DNA from: a virus
Reading direction: 5' to 3' (one strand)
Virus record (IMG/VR): IMGVR_UViG_3300034069_000710
Location: 1-50,496 of that record
Length of the DNA stretch: 50,496 bases
In this document: positions 8,337 to 17,905 of the stretch, in pieces
Layout: each line of letters opens with the position of its first letter
How positions within the stretch are numbered: the stretch's first letter is position 1
Program-made: the position numbers and the translations under genes
Notes under the pieces: generated by a model
What the model saw: only the letters and a program-made list of their open reading frames with translations
Told to the model about the DNA's origin: nothing
The model's database searches: none

Positions 8337-9977
8337 GTGAAAATTCAGCCTCGCCCCGACCAATGGCAATTCATTTCCGAGATTAACCAGGCGTGGAACC
8401 AGGGCGCCAAGCACGTTGTAGGCGTGGCGAGCACGGGGTTTGGCAAAACCGTGTGCCTATCGCAATTGGTCGAGGATAACCGCGGCGCGGCGTGCGTGGT
8501 GGCGCACCGGCAGGAGCTAGTCGGGCAAATTTCCATGATGCTCGCGCGGTACGGAGTGCGGCACAATATCATCGCTGCGCAGGCCACCGTGCGAGCCATT
8601 GCCGCCGAGCACGTGCGAGAATTCGGGCAATGCTATTACACGCCCTCGAGCCTTGTCGGCGTGGCCTCGGTCGATACGCTCGTGCGCGCCGAGGTCGATG
8701 CGGCGTGGCTGGCGCAGGTCACGCTCGTTATTACCGACGAGGGCCACCACGTCGTCATCGGCAACAAATGGCACGCCGCGCTGCAGCGCTTCCCGAACGC
8801 GCGCGGGCTGCTACCGACCGCCACCCCGTCGCGCGCCGATGGCAAGGGACTAGGCACGCCCGAGCTAGGGGGGTCGGGAATTGCCGATGCGATGGTGCTC
8901 GGTCCGCCTATGCGGTGGCTGATCGACAACGGATTTTTGACGCCATACCGCGTAATTTGCGTGGAAAGCGACCTAAAGCTGCTCGAGTCACAGGTATCGG
9001 CGTCGGGCGATTATTCCCCGCAAACGCTCAAGGATGCGGCCAAAAAATCCCGCATCGTAGGCGACGTGGTGCGCGAGTATCTGCGGTGGGCGCGCGGGCT
9101 GCGCCATATCACCTTTTCGACCGACACCGACACGGCCGCCGCCATGACCACCGCCTACCGGGCCGCGGGCGTGCGCGCCGAGTGCCTTACCGGCAAAACG
9201 CACGACCACCTGCGCCGCGACATTATCAAGCGGTTCGAGCGCGGCGACCTAGAGGAAATCGTGGCCGTCGATATCATTAGCGAAGGGTTCGACCTGCCGG
9301 CAATCGAGGCCGTGAGTTTCGCCCGGCCGTCTATGTCGCTCGGCGTTGTCTGGCAGCAATTCGGCCGCGCGCTGCGCACCTTCGAAGGCAAGACACAAGC
9401 GCTGATTATCGACCACGTGGGGAACGTCATCAATCCCGCCATCGGCCTGCCCGACCGGCCGCGGGTGTGGAGCCTGGCGAACCGCGATAGCCGGAAGAAA
9501 AAGGAAAACGACGCCATCCCGATGCGCGTTTGCGTCGAGTGTTACGAGCCATACGAGCGGACCTATCGGGAATGCCCGCACTGTGGCCACTACCCCGAGC
9601 CCGCCAGCCGCGCCGCCCCGCAATCGGTCGACGGCGACCTGGCTGAAATGTCGCCCGAGCTACTGGCGAAGCTGCGCGGCGACCTCGATCAAGCAGCGTA
9701 CACGCTCGACGAGGAACGCGCCCGGCTCGTAGCTTCACGCGCGCCGCACGTGGCGGTTATGGCGGGGGTAAAGCATCACGCTGAACGGCTCGACACGCTC
9801 GCGCAGCTTCGCCAGACAATGGCCGATTGGGGCGGTCGCCGGTTCGCGCGCGGCGATACCGATAGCATGATGCAACGCGAGTTTTTCCTGCGGTTCGGCG
9901 TCGACGTGATAACCGCGCAGGCATTGAAGCGCGCGGAGGCGCAAGCGCTACTTGACCGTATCGTCAACTCTGTTTAA
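8337..9977 (+). CDS. Superfamily 2 DEAD/DEAH-box DNA helicase with C-terminal zinc ribbon
   Basis: Walker A ASTGFGKT, DEAH-like ITDEGHH, C-terminal CVECYEP...CPHCGH. Start taken as GTG 8337, downstream of the palindrome. ATG 8268 or GTG 8256 are alternatives. Confidence 0.8.
   Translation: MKIQPRPDQWQFISEINQAWNQGAKHVVGVASTGFGKTVCLSQLVEDNRGAACVVAHRQELVGQISMMLARYGVRHNIIAAQATVRAIAAEHVREFGQCYYTPSSLVGVASVDTLVRAEVDAAWLAQVTLVITDEGHHVVIGNKWHAALQRFPNARGLLPTATPSRADGKGLGTPELGGSGIADAMVLGPPMRWLIDNGFLTPYRVICVESDLKLLESQVSASGDYSPQTLKDAAKKSRIVGDVVREYLRWARGLRHITFSTDTDTAAAMTTAYRAAGVRAECLTGKTHDHLRRDIIKRFERGDLEEIVAVDIISEGFDLPAIEAVSFARPSMSLGVVWQQFGRALRTFEGKTQALIIDHVGNVINPAIGLPDRPRVWSLANRDSRKKKENDAIPMRVCVECYEPYERTYRECPHCGHYPEPASRAAPQSVDGDLAEMSPELLAKLRGDLDQAAYTLDEERARLVASRAPHVAVMAGVKHHAERLDTLAQLRQTMADWGGRRFARGDTDSMMQREFFLRFGVDVITAQALKRAEAQALLDRIVNSV
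9952..9967 (+). promoter_or_regulatory. TTGACCGTATCGTCAA motif with TAATCA 17 nt after the TTGACC hexamer; putative promoter/operator
   Basis: Seen directly at the 3' end of the helicase gene, upstream of ATG 10004. Confidence 0.55.
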
Positions 9978-10003
9978 TCATTGCTGGATTGGGAGTTTAT
10001 CGA

Positions 10004-10174
10004 ATGGAAAAAGGCTTTTATTGGGTACGTAACCGCGCCTGCGGGATTCTTACCATAGCCTGCTGCAGCGGACACTATTGGTTCATTCTCAACGGGCTTA
10101 CGGGGGGTTGGACGGAAGCCGAGGTGCGCGAGGATTATGAAATTCTCGACCGTATTTCCGAGCCGCGCTCGTGA
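10004..10174 (+). CDS. Hypothetical small protein (56 aa)
   Basis: ATG preceded by GGGAG. Its stop overlaps the GTG of the next gene (GTGA). Confidence 0.5.
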   Translation: MEKGFYWVRNRACGILTIACCSGHYWFILNGLTGGWTEAEVREDYEILDRISEPRS

Positions 10175-10656
10175 GACTCCCCATTGACCTGCGCACGTGG
10201 GCGCTTCGCCACAATGTCACGCCCGCCGCGCTTGGCGAGCTAGCCGAAATTCTCGGTGCCGGATCGCAACCGGAAGGCGAGGAAGGCGCAAGCGAAGGCC
10301 GCGTGCAGAGCCGGGTCCGCCTGGCCGCACCGTTCCACGGGATGAAGCTATGGCGGAACAATGTCGGCGCGCTGCTCGACAAGCGCGATATTCCCGTTCG
10401 GTTCGGCCTCGCGAATGATACCCCGGCCTTGAACAAAAAGCTCAAGTCGGGCGACCTTATCGGCTGGCGCAGCGTGGAAATCACGGGTGCCATGGTCGGC
10501 TCGGTAATCGCGCAATTCGTGTCGTTCGAATGCAAGCATGCGGGGTGGCATTACACCGGCGACGAGCACGAGCAGGCGCAACAGCGGTGGGCCGCGCTCG
10601 TTGAACTGGCAGGCGGCCACGCCCGGTTCGTCACCGACCCCGAGGGAATGGCATGA
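10171..10656 (+). CDS. VRR-NUC domain nuclease (PD-(D/E)XK fold)
   Basis: RNNVGA...SGDLIGW...FECK...EHEQAQQRWAALVELAGG matches my memory of the VRR-NUC pattern. Helicase plus VRR-NUC pairing is typical. Confidence 0.7.
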   Translation: MRLPIDLRTWALRHNVTPAALGELAEILGAGSQPEGEEGASEGRVQSRVRLAAPFHGMKLWRNNVGALLDKRDIPVRFGLANDTPALNKKLKSGDLIGWRSVEITGAMVGSVIAQFVSFECKHAGWHYTGDEHEQAQQRWAALVELAGGHARFVTDPEGMA

Positions 10657-11765
10657 CCTGGCAGCTTCTCCACGCCGATTGCCGCGTGGTAATGTCCAAC
10701 ATGGGCGACGAGACAATCGACGCCGTGGTTTGCGACCCGCCGTATCACCTCACGAGCATAGTCAAGCGGTTTGGCCCCGGCTCGGCACCGCAGCAATTCG
10801 GCACCGATGGCGCCTTCGCGCGCGCCGCCCGGGGCTTCATGGGGCAGACGTGGGACGGCGGCGATATAGCATTCGACCCGACGCTATGGGCCGAGGTGCT
10901 GCGCGTGCTCAAACCGGGCGGCCACCTCGTCGCCTTCAGCGGCACGCGGACATACCACCGCATGGCCTGCGCGATTGAGGATGCCGGTTTCGAAATTCGC
11001 GATATGCTCGAATGGCTTTACGGGTCGGGCTTTCCCAAGGGCGGGCTAGACGACGAGGGCCGCGGCAGCGCGCTAAAGCCGGCGCACGAGCCAATGTGTC
11101 TGGCGCGAAAATCGTTCAAGGGAAGCGCCGCGGGGTGCGTTGAGGCGCACGGTACCGGGCTGCTCAATATTGACGCTTGCCGCGTACCTAGCGACGAAGT
11201 TACCGGGTGGGGCGGGGCTCGAGGAGGAAGCGACGACGCTACACAATCGAAAGGCCGCAACTACCGTTTAGGAGAGGGAGAAGCGAGGCCCGTTCTCGGA
11301 CGTTTCCCCGCGAATGTCTGCCACGACGGGTCGCTTGAGGTGGTCGCGCAATTTCCGGCCGAAGCTAAGGGCGGGGCATACCCCGCGCAGCGAGGGGCAA
11401 ATGCCGTCTACGGCGCCTCTAGCGGGGGTAGCGATTTTGTAGGGTCGATGGGCGATAGCGGCAGCGCGGCGCGTTTCTTCTACTGCGCTAAGGCAAGCCG
11501 GCGTGACCGTAACGAGGGCGTCGGCGAGCTAGCCGGCAACATTCATCCGACCGTCAAACCAACCGACCTGATGCGTTGGCTCGTGCGTCTCGTTTGCCCG
11601 CCCGGCGGCGTCGTGTTCGACCCGTTCGCGGGGTCGGGCAGTACGGGCAAGGCTGCGTTGCTCGAGGGGCGGCGGTTCATCGGCGTCGAGATGACTGCGG
11701 AATATATCCCCATAGCTCGGGCGCGTATCGAATACGCAGCGCGGTTGACGGCGGGGTCAAACTAA
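10653..11765 (+). CDS. DNA methyltransferase, beta-class (N6-adenine or N4-cytosine)
   Basis: Motif IV VVCDPPY near the N-terminus and motif I FDPFAGSGSTG near the C-terminus give the beta-class order. HPTVKP motif. Confidence 0.85.
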   Translation: MTWQLLHADCRVVMSNMGDETIDAVVCDPPYHLTSIVKRFGPGSAPQQFGTDGAFARAARGFMGQTWDGGDIAFDPTLWAEVLRVLKPGGHLVAFSGTRTYHRMACAIEDAGFEIRDMLEWLYGSGFPKGGLDDEGRGSALKPAHEPMCLARKSFKGSAAGCVEAHGTGLLNIDACRVPSDEVTGWGGARGGSDDATQSKGRNYRLGEGEARPVLGRFPANVCHDGSLEVVAQFPAEAKGGAYPAQRGANAVYGASSGGSDFVGSMGDSGSAARFFYCAKASRRDRNEGVGELAGNIHPTVKPTDLMRWLVRLVCPPGGVVFDPFAGSGSTGKAALLEGRRFIGVEMTAEYIPIARARIEYAARLTAGSN

Positions 11766-11773
11766 GGATATGC

Positions 11774-12082
11774 GTGCAAATTATGAGCGAGAAAGTCACC
11801 AACCGCAACCGAGCCGTGCTCGACGCTGCCCTGCGCCTTGCGGCGTTGCGCGGCTATCGCAACATTACCCGGCAGCAGGTGGCCGACGAGGCGCAGGTGG
11901 CCGTCGGATCGGTGAACAATGCGTTCGGGACGATGGACGGATTGCGCGACGCCGTGATGGCCGCGGCGGTTGCCGGGGAGCGGTACGAGATTATTGCGCA
12001 GGGGCTCGCCGACCGGCACCCGGCAACCACCAATCTGCCCCCGAGCGTGCGGCAGCAGGCTTTCGCATCGCTGGCGGCGTAA
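11774..12082 (+). CDS. Small TetR-like helix-turn-helix DNA-binding protein
   Basis: AALRLAALRGYRNITRQQVADEAQVAVGSVNNAFGT resembles the TetR_N HTH. GTG 11774 lies 5 nt after AAGGA; ATG 11783 is the alternative start. Confidence 0.5.
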   Translation: MQIMSEKVTNRNRAVLDAALRLAALRGYRNITRQQVADEAQVAVGSVNNAFGTMDGLRDAVMAAAVAGERYEIIAQGLADRHPATTNLPPSVRQQAFASLAA

Positions 12083-12147
12083 GCCGTCTCGCTCACCGTC
12101 GGATTAGGAGCTTGCGGGCCGGATGGCCTAGCGCGAGGGGATAACAC

Positions 12148-14571
12148 GTGCTCGAATTGCCTGCCCCGCTCGCGCCTCTTGCCGCTTTCCCGCAATTCGT
12201 AACGTACCGCCTCGTGCCGAGCATTAAGCCCGGCAAGATGGACAAGCTTCCCTGCGATTGGCGCGACGGCCGGGTGGTATCCGCGCACCTCTCCGCGAAC
12301 CGCACCACCTTTGCCAATGCTGCCGCCGCGGTCGCCGCCGGGCGCGGCCAGGGCGTCGGGTTCGTGTTCACCGCCGACGACCCGTTTTGGTTCCTCGATA
12401 TCGACGGCGCGCTGCAGGCCGATAACACGTGGTCGCCGATGGCGGCCGAGTTATGCGCCGCGCTGCCTGGCGCCGCGGTGGAGATATCGCAAAGCGGCAC
12501 CGGCCTGCATATTTTTGGCACGGGCGCGGTACCTGAGCATGGGTGTAAGAATATCCCGCTCGGCCTCGAATTCTACCACGAGGGGCGCTTTGCCGCGCTC
12601 ACCGGGCAGGGCGCCGTCGGCGACGTGATGACCGATTGCACGGCGCTCCTGCCCGGGCTCGTGTCGCAATATTTCCCGATGGGCGCCGCCACCACCGCCG
12701 GCCCCGAGGAATGGACAAGCGAGCCGGTGCCCGAGTGGGACGGCCCGACCGACGACGACGACTTGATACGGCGCGCGCTCGGCTCGGCCGACCGTTCCGC
12801 CGCGGTCGCGTTCGGTGGCGAGGGCGTGACTTTCCGCGATCTATGGGAAGCCAATCCCGACGCGCTCGGCAAACGCTGGCCAGATACCGGGCAAAAGGGC
12901 GGGCCTTACGACGCTTCGAGCGCCGACGGTGCGCTAGCCGCGCATTTGGCATTCTGGACCGGCAAAAATTGCGAGCGCATCCGCGATCTTATGTACCGCT
13001 CGGCGCTGCTGCGTGACAAATGGGAGGCCCGGGGCGACTATTACCTGCCGCGCACCATCCTGCGCGCTGCCGGGTTGTCAACCGAGGTTGCCAAGGGATC
13101 AAGCAAGCCGCTTCCCGAGCCGGTCACGGTTGAGGCTGCGCAGGCCGCCAACGTGACCTTGCGCACCTCGGGGGAATTCCTCGGCGTCGACGGGCAGCTT
13201 ACTTATTTCGCCGGCTGCGTGTACGTCCAAGCTGACGACCGCGTTTACGTGCCCGACGGCGGCCTGCTCAACAGATCGCGGTTCGATGCGACGTACGGCG
13301 GCTACCAATTTGTCATCGATCCCCAAGGCCAAAAGATGACGACGAGCGCGTGGGAAGTGTTCACGCAAAACCGGGTCTATGCCGCCCCGTGGTGTCATGC
13401 GCTATGCTTCCGCCCCGAACAGCCGAGCGGCGCTCTTATCGCCGAGGAGGGGCGAACGCTGCTCAATACTTACGTTCCCATCACAACCCGCCGGGTTAAG
13501 GGTGACGCGAGCCGCTTTACGGGCTTCCTCGCCAAAATTCTGCCCGAGGAGCGCGACCGGCAAATTCTACTGTCGTACATGGCGTCAATGCTGCGCAACC
13601 CCGGGTTTAAATTCCAGTGGTGGCCGGTGCTGCAGGGCGCCGAGGGCAATGGTAAATCGCTTCTGCTGCGCGTGCTGTCGCATTGCGTGGGGCAGCGCTA
13701 TACGCACCTCGTCGACGTGCACAAGATGGCCAAGCAAGGCACCGGCTTTAACGGCTGGATTCAAGGCAACTTATTCCTTGGTATCGAGGAAATATACGTT
13801 GCCGAGCGCCGCGACTTTCTCGAAGCGTTCAAAGCATATGTTACGAACGACCGGCTGCCGCTCGAGAAAAAGGGGGTCGACGCATTTACCGGAGACAACC
13901 GAGTTAATGGTTTGATGCTTACTAACCACCGCGACGGCGTACCGATTAGCATTGACGGCCGCCGGTATGCCGTATTCTTCACGGCGCAGCAAACGGCCGA
14001 GGACGTGACCGCTGCCGGCATGGGGGGCACTTACTTTCCCGACCTGTACGATTGGCTCAAAGGGCGCAAAGCATATGCGCACCTCGGCGCTGACTATGGG
14101 TATGCGGTCGTCAACGATTATTTGCGCGAGTATGCCATTGCGGAGGAATTCGACCCGGCCGGTATCTGCATGCGCGCACCCGAGACGAGCAGCACGAGCG
14201 CCGCGCTTGTCGCCAGCCGCGGCCGTGCCGAGCAGGAAATTGTCGAGGCTATCGAATCGGCGCGGCCTGGTTTTGCCAACGGATGGATTTCCAGCAAGGC
14301 GCTTGACGACTTGCTAGAGCGCATTCGCGCCAACGTCCCGCGCACCAAGCGCCGCGCGCTGCTGCAGGGCCTCGGGTACGACTACCACCCGCATTTGCAC
14401 GAAGGCCGAACGAATGTGGTCGTGCAGCCCGACAACGGAAAGCCGCGGCTCTACGTCAAACGCGGCCACCTCGTTACGCAGCTTGCGAACGCGGCCGAGA
14501 TCGCCAAGCGCTACACCCGCGACCAGGCGTCCGCGTCGGGTATGGACGCCGAGGCCGCTTTTGGTAGTTGA
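12148..14571 (+). CDS. Bifunctional primase-polymerase (AEP) fused to an SF3/D5-type helicase
   Basis: AEP motifs FLDIDG (DxD) and SQSGTGLHIFG (sGxGxH). Walker A GAEGNGKS further downstream. 807 aa. Confidence 0.8.
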   Translation: MLELPAPLAPLAAFPQFVTYRLVPSIKPGKMDKLPCDWRDGRVVSAHLSANRTTFANAAAAVAAGRGQGVGFVFTADDPFWFLDIDGALQADNTWSPMAAELCAALPGAAVEISQSGTGLHIFGTGAVPEHGCKNIPLGLEFYHEGRFAALTGQGAVGDVMTDCTALLPGLVSQYFPMGAATTAGPEEWTSEPVPEWDGPTDDDDLIRRALGSADRSAAVAFGGEGVTFRDLWEANPDALGKRWPDTGQKGGPYDASSADGALAAHLAFWTGKNCERIRDLMYRSALLRDKWEARGDYYLPRTILRAAGLSTEVAKGSSKPLPEPVTVEAAQAANVTLRTSGEFLGVDGQLTYFAGCVYVQADDRVYVPDGGLLNRSRFDATYGGYQFVIDPQGQKMTTSAWEVFTQNRVYAAPWCHALCFRPEQPSGALIAEEGRTLLNTYVPITTRRVKGDASRFTGFLAKILPEERDRQILLSYMASMLRNPGFKFQWWPVLQGAEGNGKSLLLRVLSHCVGQRYTHLVDVHKMAKQGTGFNGWIQGNLFLGIEEIYVAERRDFLEAFKAYVTNDRLPLEKKGVDAFTGDNRVNGLMLTNHRDGVPISIDGRRYAVFFTAQQTAEDVTAAGMGGTYFPDLYDWLKGRKAYAHLGADYGYAVVNDYLREYAIAEEFDPAGICMRAPETSSTSAALVASRGRAEQEIVEAIESARPGFANGWISSKALDDLLERIRANVPRTKRRALLQGLGYDYHPHLHEGRTNVVVQPDNGKPRLYVKRGHLVTQLANAAEIAKRYTRDQASASGMDAEAAFGS

Positions 14572-14583
14572 CGGCGCGGTCAA
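14568..14583 (+). promoter_or_regulatory. TTGACGGCGCGGTCAA motif overlapping the primase stop codon; putative promoter/operator
   Basis: Seen directly. Followed by GATATGGG and then a GGAG RBS and ATG 14629. Confidence 0.55.
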
Positions 14584-14628
14584 CTTGGGCGATATGGGGA
14601 TTCCCATGACGCTTTTGGAGACAAAAAT

Positions 14629-14997
14629 ATGATCCCCGCTTACCCCGCTCACCCCGCCTGCCCGCCGCCCCCGTGGGGCGGTGAGGCCCGCGCGTATCCC
14701 GGCTGCTCCGGCACCGTCGCACTTCCACCGATGGCAACGCCCCTCGTGCCGCCCGCCGAGGAACCGGAATCGGCAAGCGTCGTGCTGCTGCGCAAGCTGC
14801 TCGCCGACCGGCGCAATATCAAAAACGGCGCCGAATTCGCCCGCAATGCGAGCGAGCGGGAAGCCGTAGAGCTTGAACGTCAGGCTGCGATTTCCCGAGA
14901 GGCGGCGAAGGTGCATGGCGTCACAATCGACGCGGCCGATACCGAAATTGCCGCCATTCTCGCCGATATCAAGGCGCTCGGCGGTCGCGACGAATAA
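14629..14997 (+). CDS. Hypothetical protein (Pro-rich N-terminus, helical C-terminus)
   Basis: ATG preceded by GGAG and by the palindromic motif. Confidence 0.55.
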   Translation: MIPAYPAHPACPPPPWGGEARAYPGCSGTVALPPMATPLVPPAEEPESASVVLLRKLLADRRNIKNGAEFARNASEREAVELERQAAISREAAKVHGVTIDAADTEIAAILADIKALGGRDE

Positions 14998-15004
14998 CCC
15001 TCGG

Positions 15005-15035
15005 GGGCTCGGTTTCGGCCGGGCCCTCTCGCTTT
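15005..15035 (+). terminator. Possible intrinsic terminator (GGGCTCGG / CCGGGCCC stem with one G-U pair, loop TTTCGG, then TCTCGCTTT)
   Basis: Seen directly, 8 nt after the stop at 14997. Confidence 0.4.
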
Positions 15036-15047
15036 GGAGAAGGCATA

Positions 15048-15479
15048 ATGGAACATCCCCGACCCCGCCCCATGATCGCCACGGTTGGGCGCGTCGCGCA
15101 GCACCGCAACGGCGGTGGCGCCGAGCCCTACCTATCCCTATTTTGCACTGGCGTGGACGGCACGCGGCTTCACGCGCTGCTCTTTGCCGAGCCTGGACGC
15201 GTGGCCGTGTTCAACCTCGACGACCCGACCGAGCGCCGGTGCGGCGGGCAGTACGAGCACGACCTGCGCGCTATCGCCGCAGACATCGGTTTGCCATTCG
15301 ATAGCGTCGACCCGCTCGACTCGCTCCACGCGCGCGCCGCGTCCGTGCTTACCCTCGTGCGCCAGCGCCGCGCCGAGATGCCGCCAGGCCCCGACCGCGC
15401 CAAGCTGCGCGCCATCGGTCGCCACCTCGACCACGCCGTGCACGCGATGCTGCGCGCAATTGAAAGGGCTAAGGCATGA
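15048..15479 (+). CDS. Hypothetical protein (143 aa)
   Basis: ATG preceded by GGAGAAGG. High GC3. Confidence 0.6.
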   Translation: MEHPRPRPMIATVGRVAQHRNGGGAEPYLSLFCTGVDGTRLHALLFAEPGRVAVFNLDDPTERRCGGQYEHDLRAIAADIGLPFDSVDPLDSLHARAASVLTLVRQRRAEMPPGPDRAKLRAIGRHLDHAVHAMLRAIERAKA

Positions 15480-16093
15480 CCGAGTACCGCACGTTTCGGA
15501 GCGCAGATTGCGACCACCCGATGGATTTGGCTTGTCCAAATTGCCTGCGTCTGCCGGTGCTCGACCTCGAAACCTATTCGTCCGCTCAACTGAAAGGTCC
15601 GAATATGCAGCCCCGTGACGAAAGCGACGGCGATTATATCGACCGCATGCAGCGCACCAAGCTTGGAACCGTCGGCAAGCCCGTTCCGCCATTGCCGCCT
15701 TCAGCGCGAGCGCAACTTGCCTCGGCTAACAAGCTCGTCGACGAAACCGACGCAGAATTTAACGCGCGGCTTGATAAGGCATTTGGGGTTCAGCCTTTGC
15801 CGGGAGCACCCGGAGCTATTGTTAGCGGGGATGCGTGGACGCCATTGCCCTGCGATAAGCCGATACCACGCGCCCCCATCGCGCCGGGCGTGCTGATCGA
15901 TGACGACGAAACGCGGGTTTATGTGTCGCGCAAGGTGGCGCGGTGGGCCGGAGCGCTGGCGCTCGTCGCCGGCGGTGCCTCGATCATGTATGCCGAGGCG
16001 CAGCATCATGCGATGCCGGGTGTTGGTTTCGCGGTCGGCCTGGCGATGATCGTGGGCGCGGCGCTGCTTGCAACTCACGAGGTGCAATCATGA
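15476..16093 (+). CDS. Hypothetical protein with C-terminal membrane anchor
   Basis: ATGA coupling. C-terminal hydrophobic stretches WAGALALVAGGASIMY and GFAVGLAMIVGAALLA. Confidence 0.6.
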   Translation: MTEYRTFRSADCDHPMDLACPNCLRLPVLDLETYSSAQLKGPNMQPRDESDGDYIDRMQRTKLGTVGKPVPPLPPSARAQLASANKLVDETDAEFNARLDKAFGVQPLPGAPGAIVSGDAWTPLPCDKPIPRAPIAPGVLIDDDETRVYVSRKVARWAGALALVAGGASIMYAEAQHHAMPGVGFAVGLAMIVGAALLATHEVQS

Positions 16094-17334
16094 TCGGTAA
16101 CGACGCGGGGGAGCTGACGGCATCGCTGTGGCTGGAACGTGCTGAGAAGCACAACCCTAAATTGCCAACGCCGGGTAGCCCAATGGCGGCTGACATTGCT
16201 GTGGAAATGGAGGAATATGCTAACCAGAAGTTGGCTGCTTTCCTTCGCGCGCAATCTACCCCAGCAAGCACTGGCGTGCTGGTGGAGGCGTTAATCGAGA
16301 AATACATGCCGCTGGGCTTTTCGTTAACCGCGGACATGAGAGCTGCTGCCGTTGAAGATTTGACGGACGATATCGCGGCATTGCGTAGAAACGATCAGGC
16401 AGAAACTATCGAAGTTTGCGCGCAAATTGCTGATCGAATGATGGGCCCCGGCAACATGGTCGGACAAACTATTCGCAACCGCCAAGCCCCCTCAATAACC
16501 GCCATGCCCGCGAGCGATGGAGTGACGTTGGAAGAGCGAGATCCGCATCCCGAGCAGGTCGAGGCGGCGAATTTGCCCAAGCATTTACGCGGCCTTCATG
16601 CGCAGTTTGCACGCATAGCCACGCTGGTCGAGGCGATCCGACACGCGCTGCAATGCACGCCACACGTGAAAGTCATTCGCGGTGAGCAGGACAACCCCGT
16701 TTTCACCGTAATGTATGATTGCGGCGATCCTTGGGAAATTCTCCGCCAAGCCCTCTCAACAACCGCCACGCCCGCGAGCGATGGGGAGCGGTGGCGCCAC
16801 CTGAAGCGCGGCACCGAATACCGGGTGATTGCGCGCGGCGAGTTGCAGGCCAGTAGCGATGCCTTGGTCGATGGCTCGTCGATGGTGATCTACCAGGGTG
16901 ACGATGGGCGCGTCTGGGTTCGCGAAGAAGGCGAGTTTGAGGACGGACGCTTTGAGCGCCTTCCTCCTCAGCCCGAGGGGGTGAAGCGCCCTGCCGATGA
17001 TGGGAAGCGGGAGGCAATCCGCGCCGAGATCATCAACACGCCGGAGACAGCCGACTTCATGGCCGGTGTTCCAATAGAGGCAGCGCACCAGCGTGAGCGT
17101 TGGGGATCAAGCCATGACGCCGGGAAGAAGCCGGAGGATTGGTTCTGGCTGATCGGCTACCTGGCGCAAAAAGCCCTCCGCGCGCAGAACGCTGGCGACA
17201 CCACCAAGGCGCTGCACCACACGATCAGCACGGCAGCGGCGCTGGGCAACTGGCATGCGGCCATCGCGGGTGTCGATACGTCCATGCGGCCGGGCATCCT
17301 GCCTCCCCAGCCCGAGGGGGTGAAGCGGCCATGA
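16090..17334 (+). CDS. Modular protein: helical N-terminus, DUF1653-like domain, all-alpha C-terminal domain, separated by repeated linker peptides
   Basis: ATGA coupling at 16090. WRHLKRGTEYRV...VIYQGDDGRVWVRE...RFERL matches my memory of DUF1653. In-frame DNA repeats at 16479/16743 and 16963/17302. Confidence 0.6.
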   Translation: MIGNDAGELTASLWLERAEKHNPKLPTPGSPMAADIAVEMEEYANQKLAAFLRAQSTPASTGVLVEALIEKYMPLGFSLTADMRAAAVEDLTDDIAALRRNDQAETIEVCAQIADRMMGPGNMVGQTIRNRQAPSITAMPASDGVTLEERDPHPEQVEAANLPKHLRGLHAQFARIATLVEAIRHALQCTPHVKVIRGEQDNPVFTVMYDCGDPWEILRQALSTTATPASDGERWRHLKRGTEYRVIARGELQASSDALVDGSSMVIYQGDDGRVWVREEGEFEDGRFERLPPQPEGVKRPADDGKREAIRAEIINTPETADFMAGVPIEAAHQRERWGSSHDAGKKPEDWFWLIGYLAQKALRAQNAGDTTKALHHTISTAAALGNWHAAIAGVDTSMRPGILPPQPEGVKRP

Positions 17335-17471
17335 TGTGGCGTCGCCTCAAATGTGCGCTGTTCGGGCATGACGAAGTTCTTTCGCAGTCGATTGCCAGCG
17401 CGGAACTGTTCGAGTGCCATTGCCAACGGTGCTTCTTCAAGTGGATCAGAGCAAGGACACGCGGGTTATGA
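17331..17471 (+). CDS. Small Cys/His-containing protein (46 aa)
   Basis: ATGATG coupled to the preceding stop. KCALFGHDEV...CHCQRC resembles small prophage proteins I recall (DUF1660-like). Confidence 0.45.
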   Translation: MMWRRLKCALFGHDEVLSQSIASAELFECHCQRCFFKWIRARTRGL

Positions 17472-17725
17472 CCGACAATCCCACCCCCAACGATATCGCG
17501 CTGCTGCGTAGCCCCCGCGAGCGCGCGGCCCGCATCCTTTGCCGCCTCGCCGGTGCGCCCTACTCGGCCTGGCCGCAAGTCGCCGATTCGTTCATGGCGG
17601 CGCACCTCGCCATGCAAATCGCGCAGCGCGACCTCGTACGCGCGGCGATACGGGAGTGGTCGCGGAAGATACTTGAGGGCGGGCCTCTTTGCCCCGACAA
17701 CGGGTTGCTGCCGTCTCGTGGCTAA
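17468..17725 (+). CDS. Hypothetical protein (85 aa)
   Basis: ATGA coupling to the preceding ORF. Confidence 0.5.
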   Translation: MTDNPTPNDIALLRSPRERAARILCRLAGAPYSAWPQVADSFMAAHLAMQIAQRDLVRAAIREWSRKILEGGPLCPDNGLLPSRG

Positions 17726-17822
17726 TGTCTGGAAACCAAAATTTCGCCATCAATGCCCGTCGTGCGGCTGGACCGGAATGCGGACGAATTGGCCTCGGGC
17801 GTGTCCGCGCTGCCACCATTAG
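17718..17822 (+). CDS. Possible 34-aa zinc-ribbon peptide (CPSC-x13-CPRC)
   Basis: GTG start overlapping the previous gene end, with no clear RBS. An alternative frame starting at ATG 17725 is also open. Confidence 0.3.
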   Translation: MANVWKPKFRHQCPSCGWTGMRTNWPRACPRCHH

Positions 17823-17841
17823 CACCCATTGAAATTAGAAG

Positions 17842-17857
17842 TTGACCGAGCCGTCAA
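17842..17857 (+). promoter_or_regulatory. TTGACCGAGCCGTCAA motif with TAGGCA 17 nt after TTGACC; putative promoter/operator
   Basis: Seen directly in the 83-nt gap before ATG 17906. Confidence 0.6.
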
Positions 17858-17905
17858 CTTGTCGTAGGCAGGTCGCAACGCAACGCTTTGGATAAGGCTT
17901 TGACC

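Noticed and set aside
11770-12144. 124-aa Arg-rich ORF overlapping the TetR-like gene in another frame; the same applies to other Arg-rich alternative frames such as 10..237 and 1271..1777.
   Set aside because: The composition (runs of R, G, A) is typical of off-frame translation of GC-rich coding DNA. The competing frames carry recognisable motifs.
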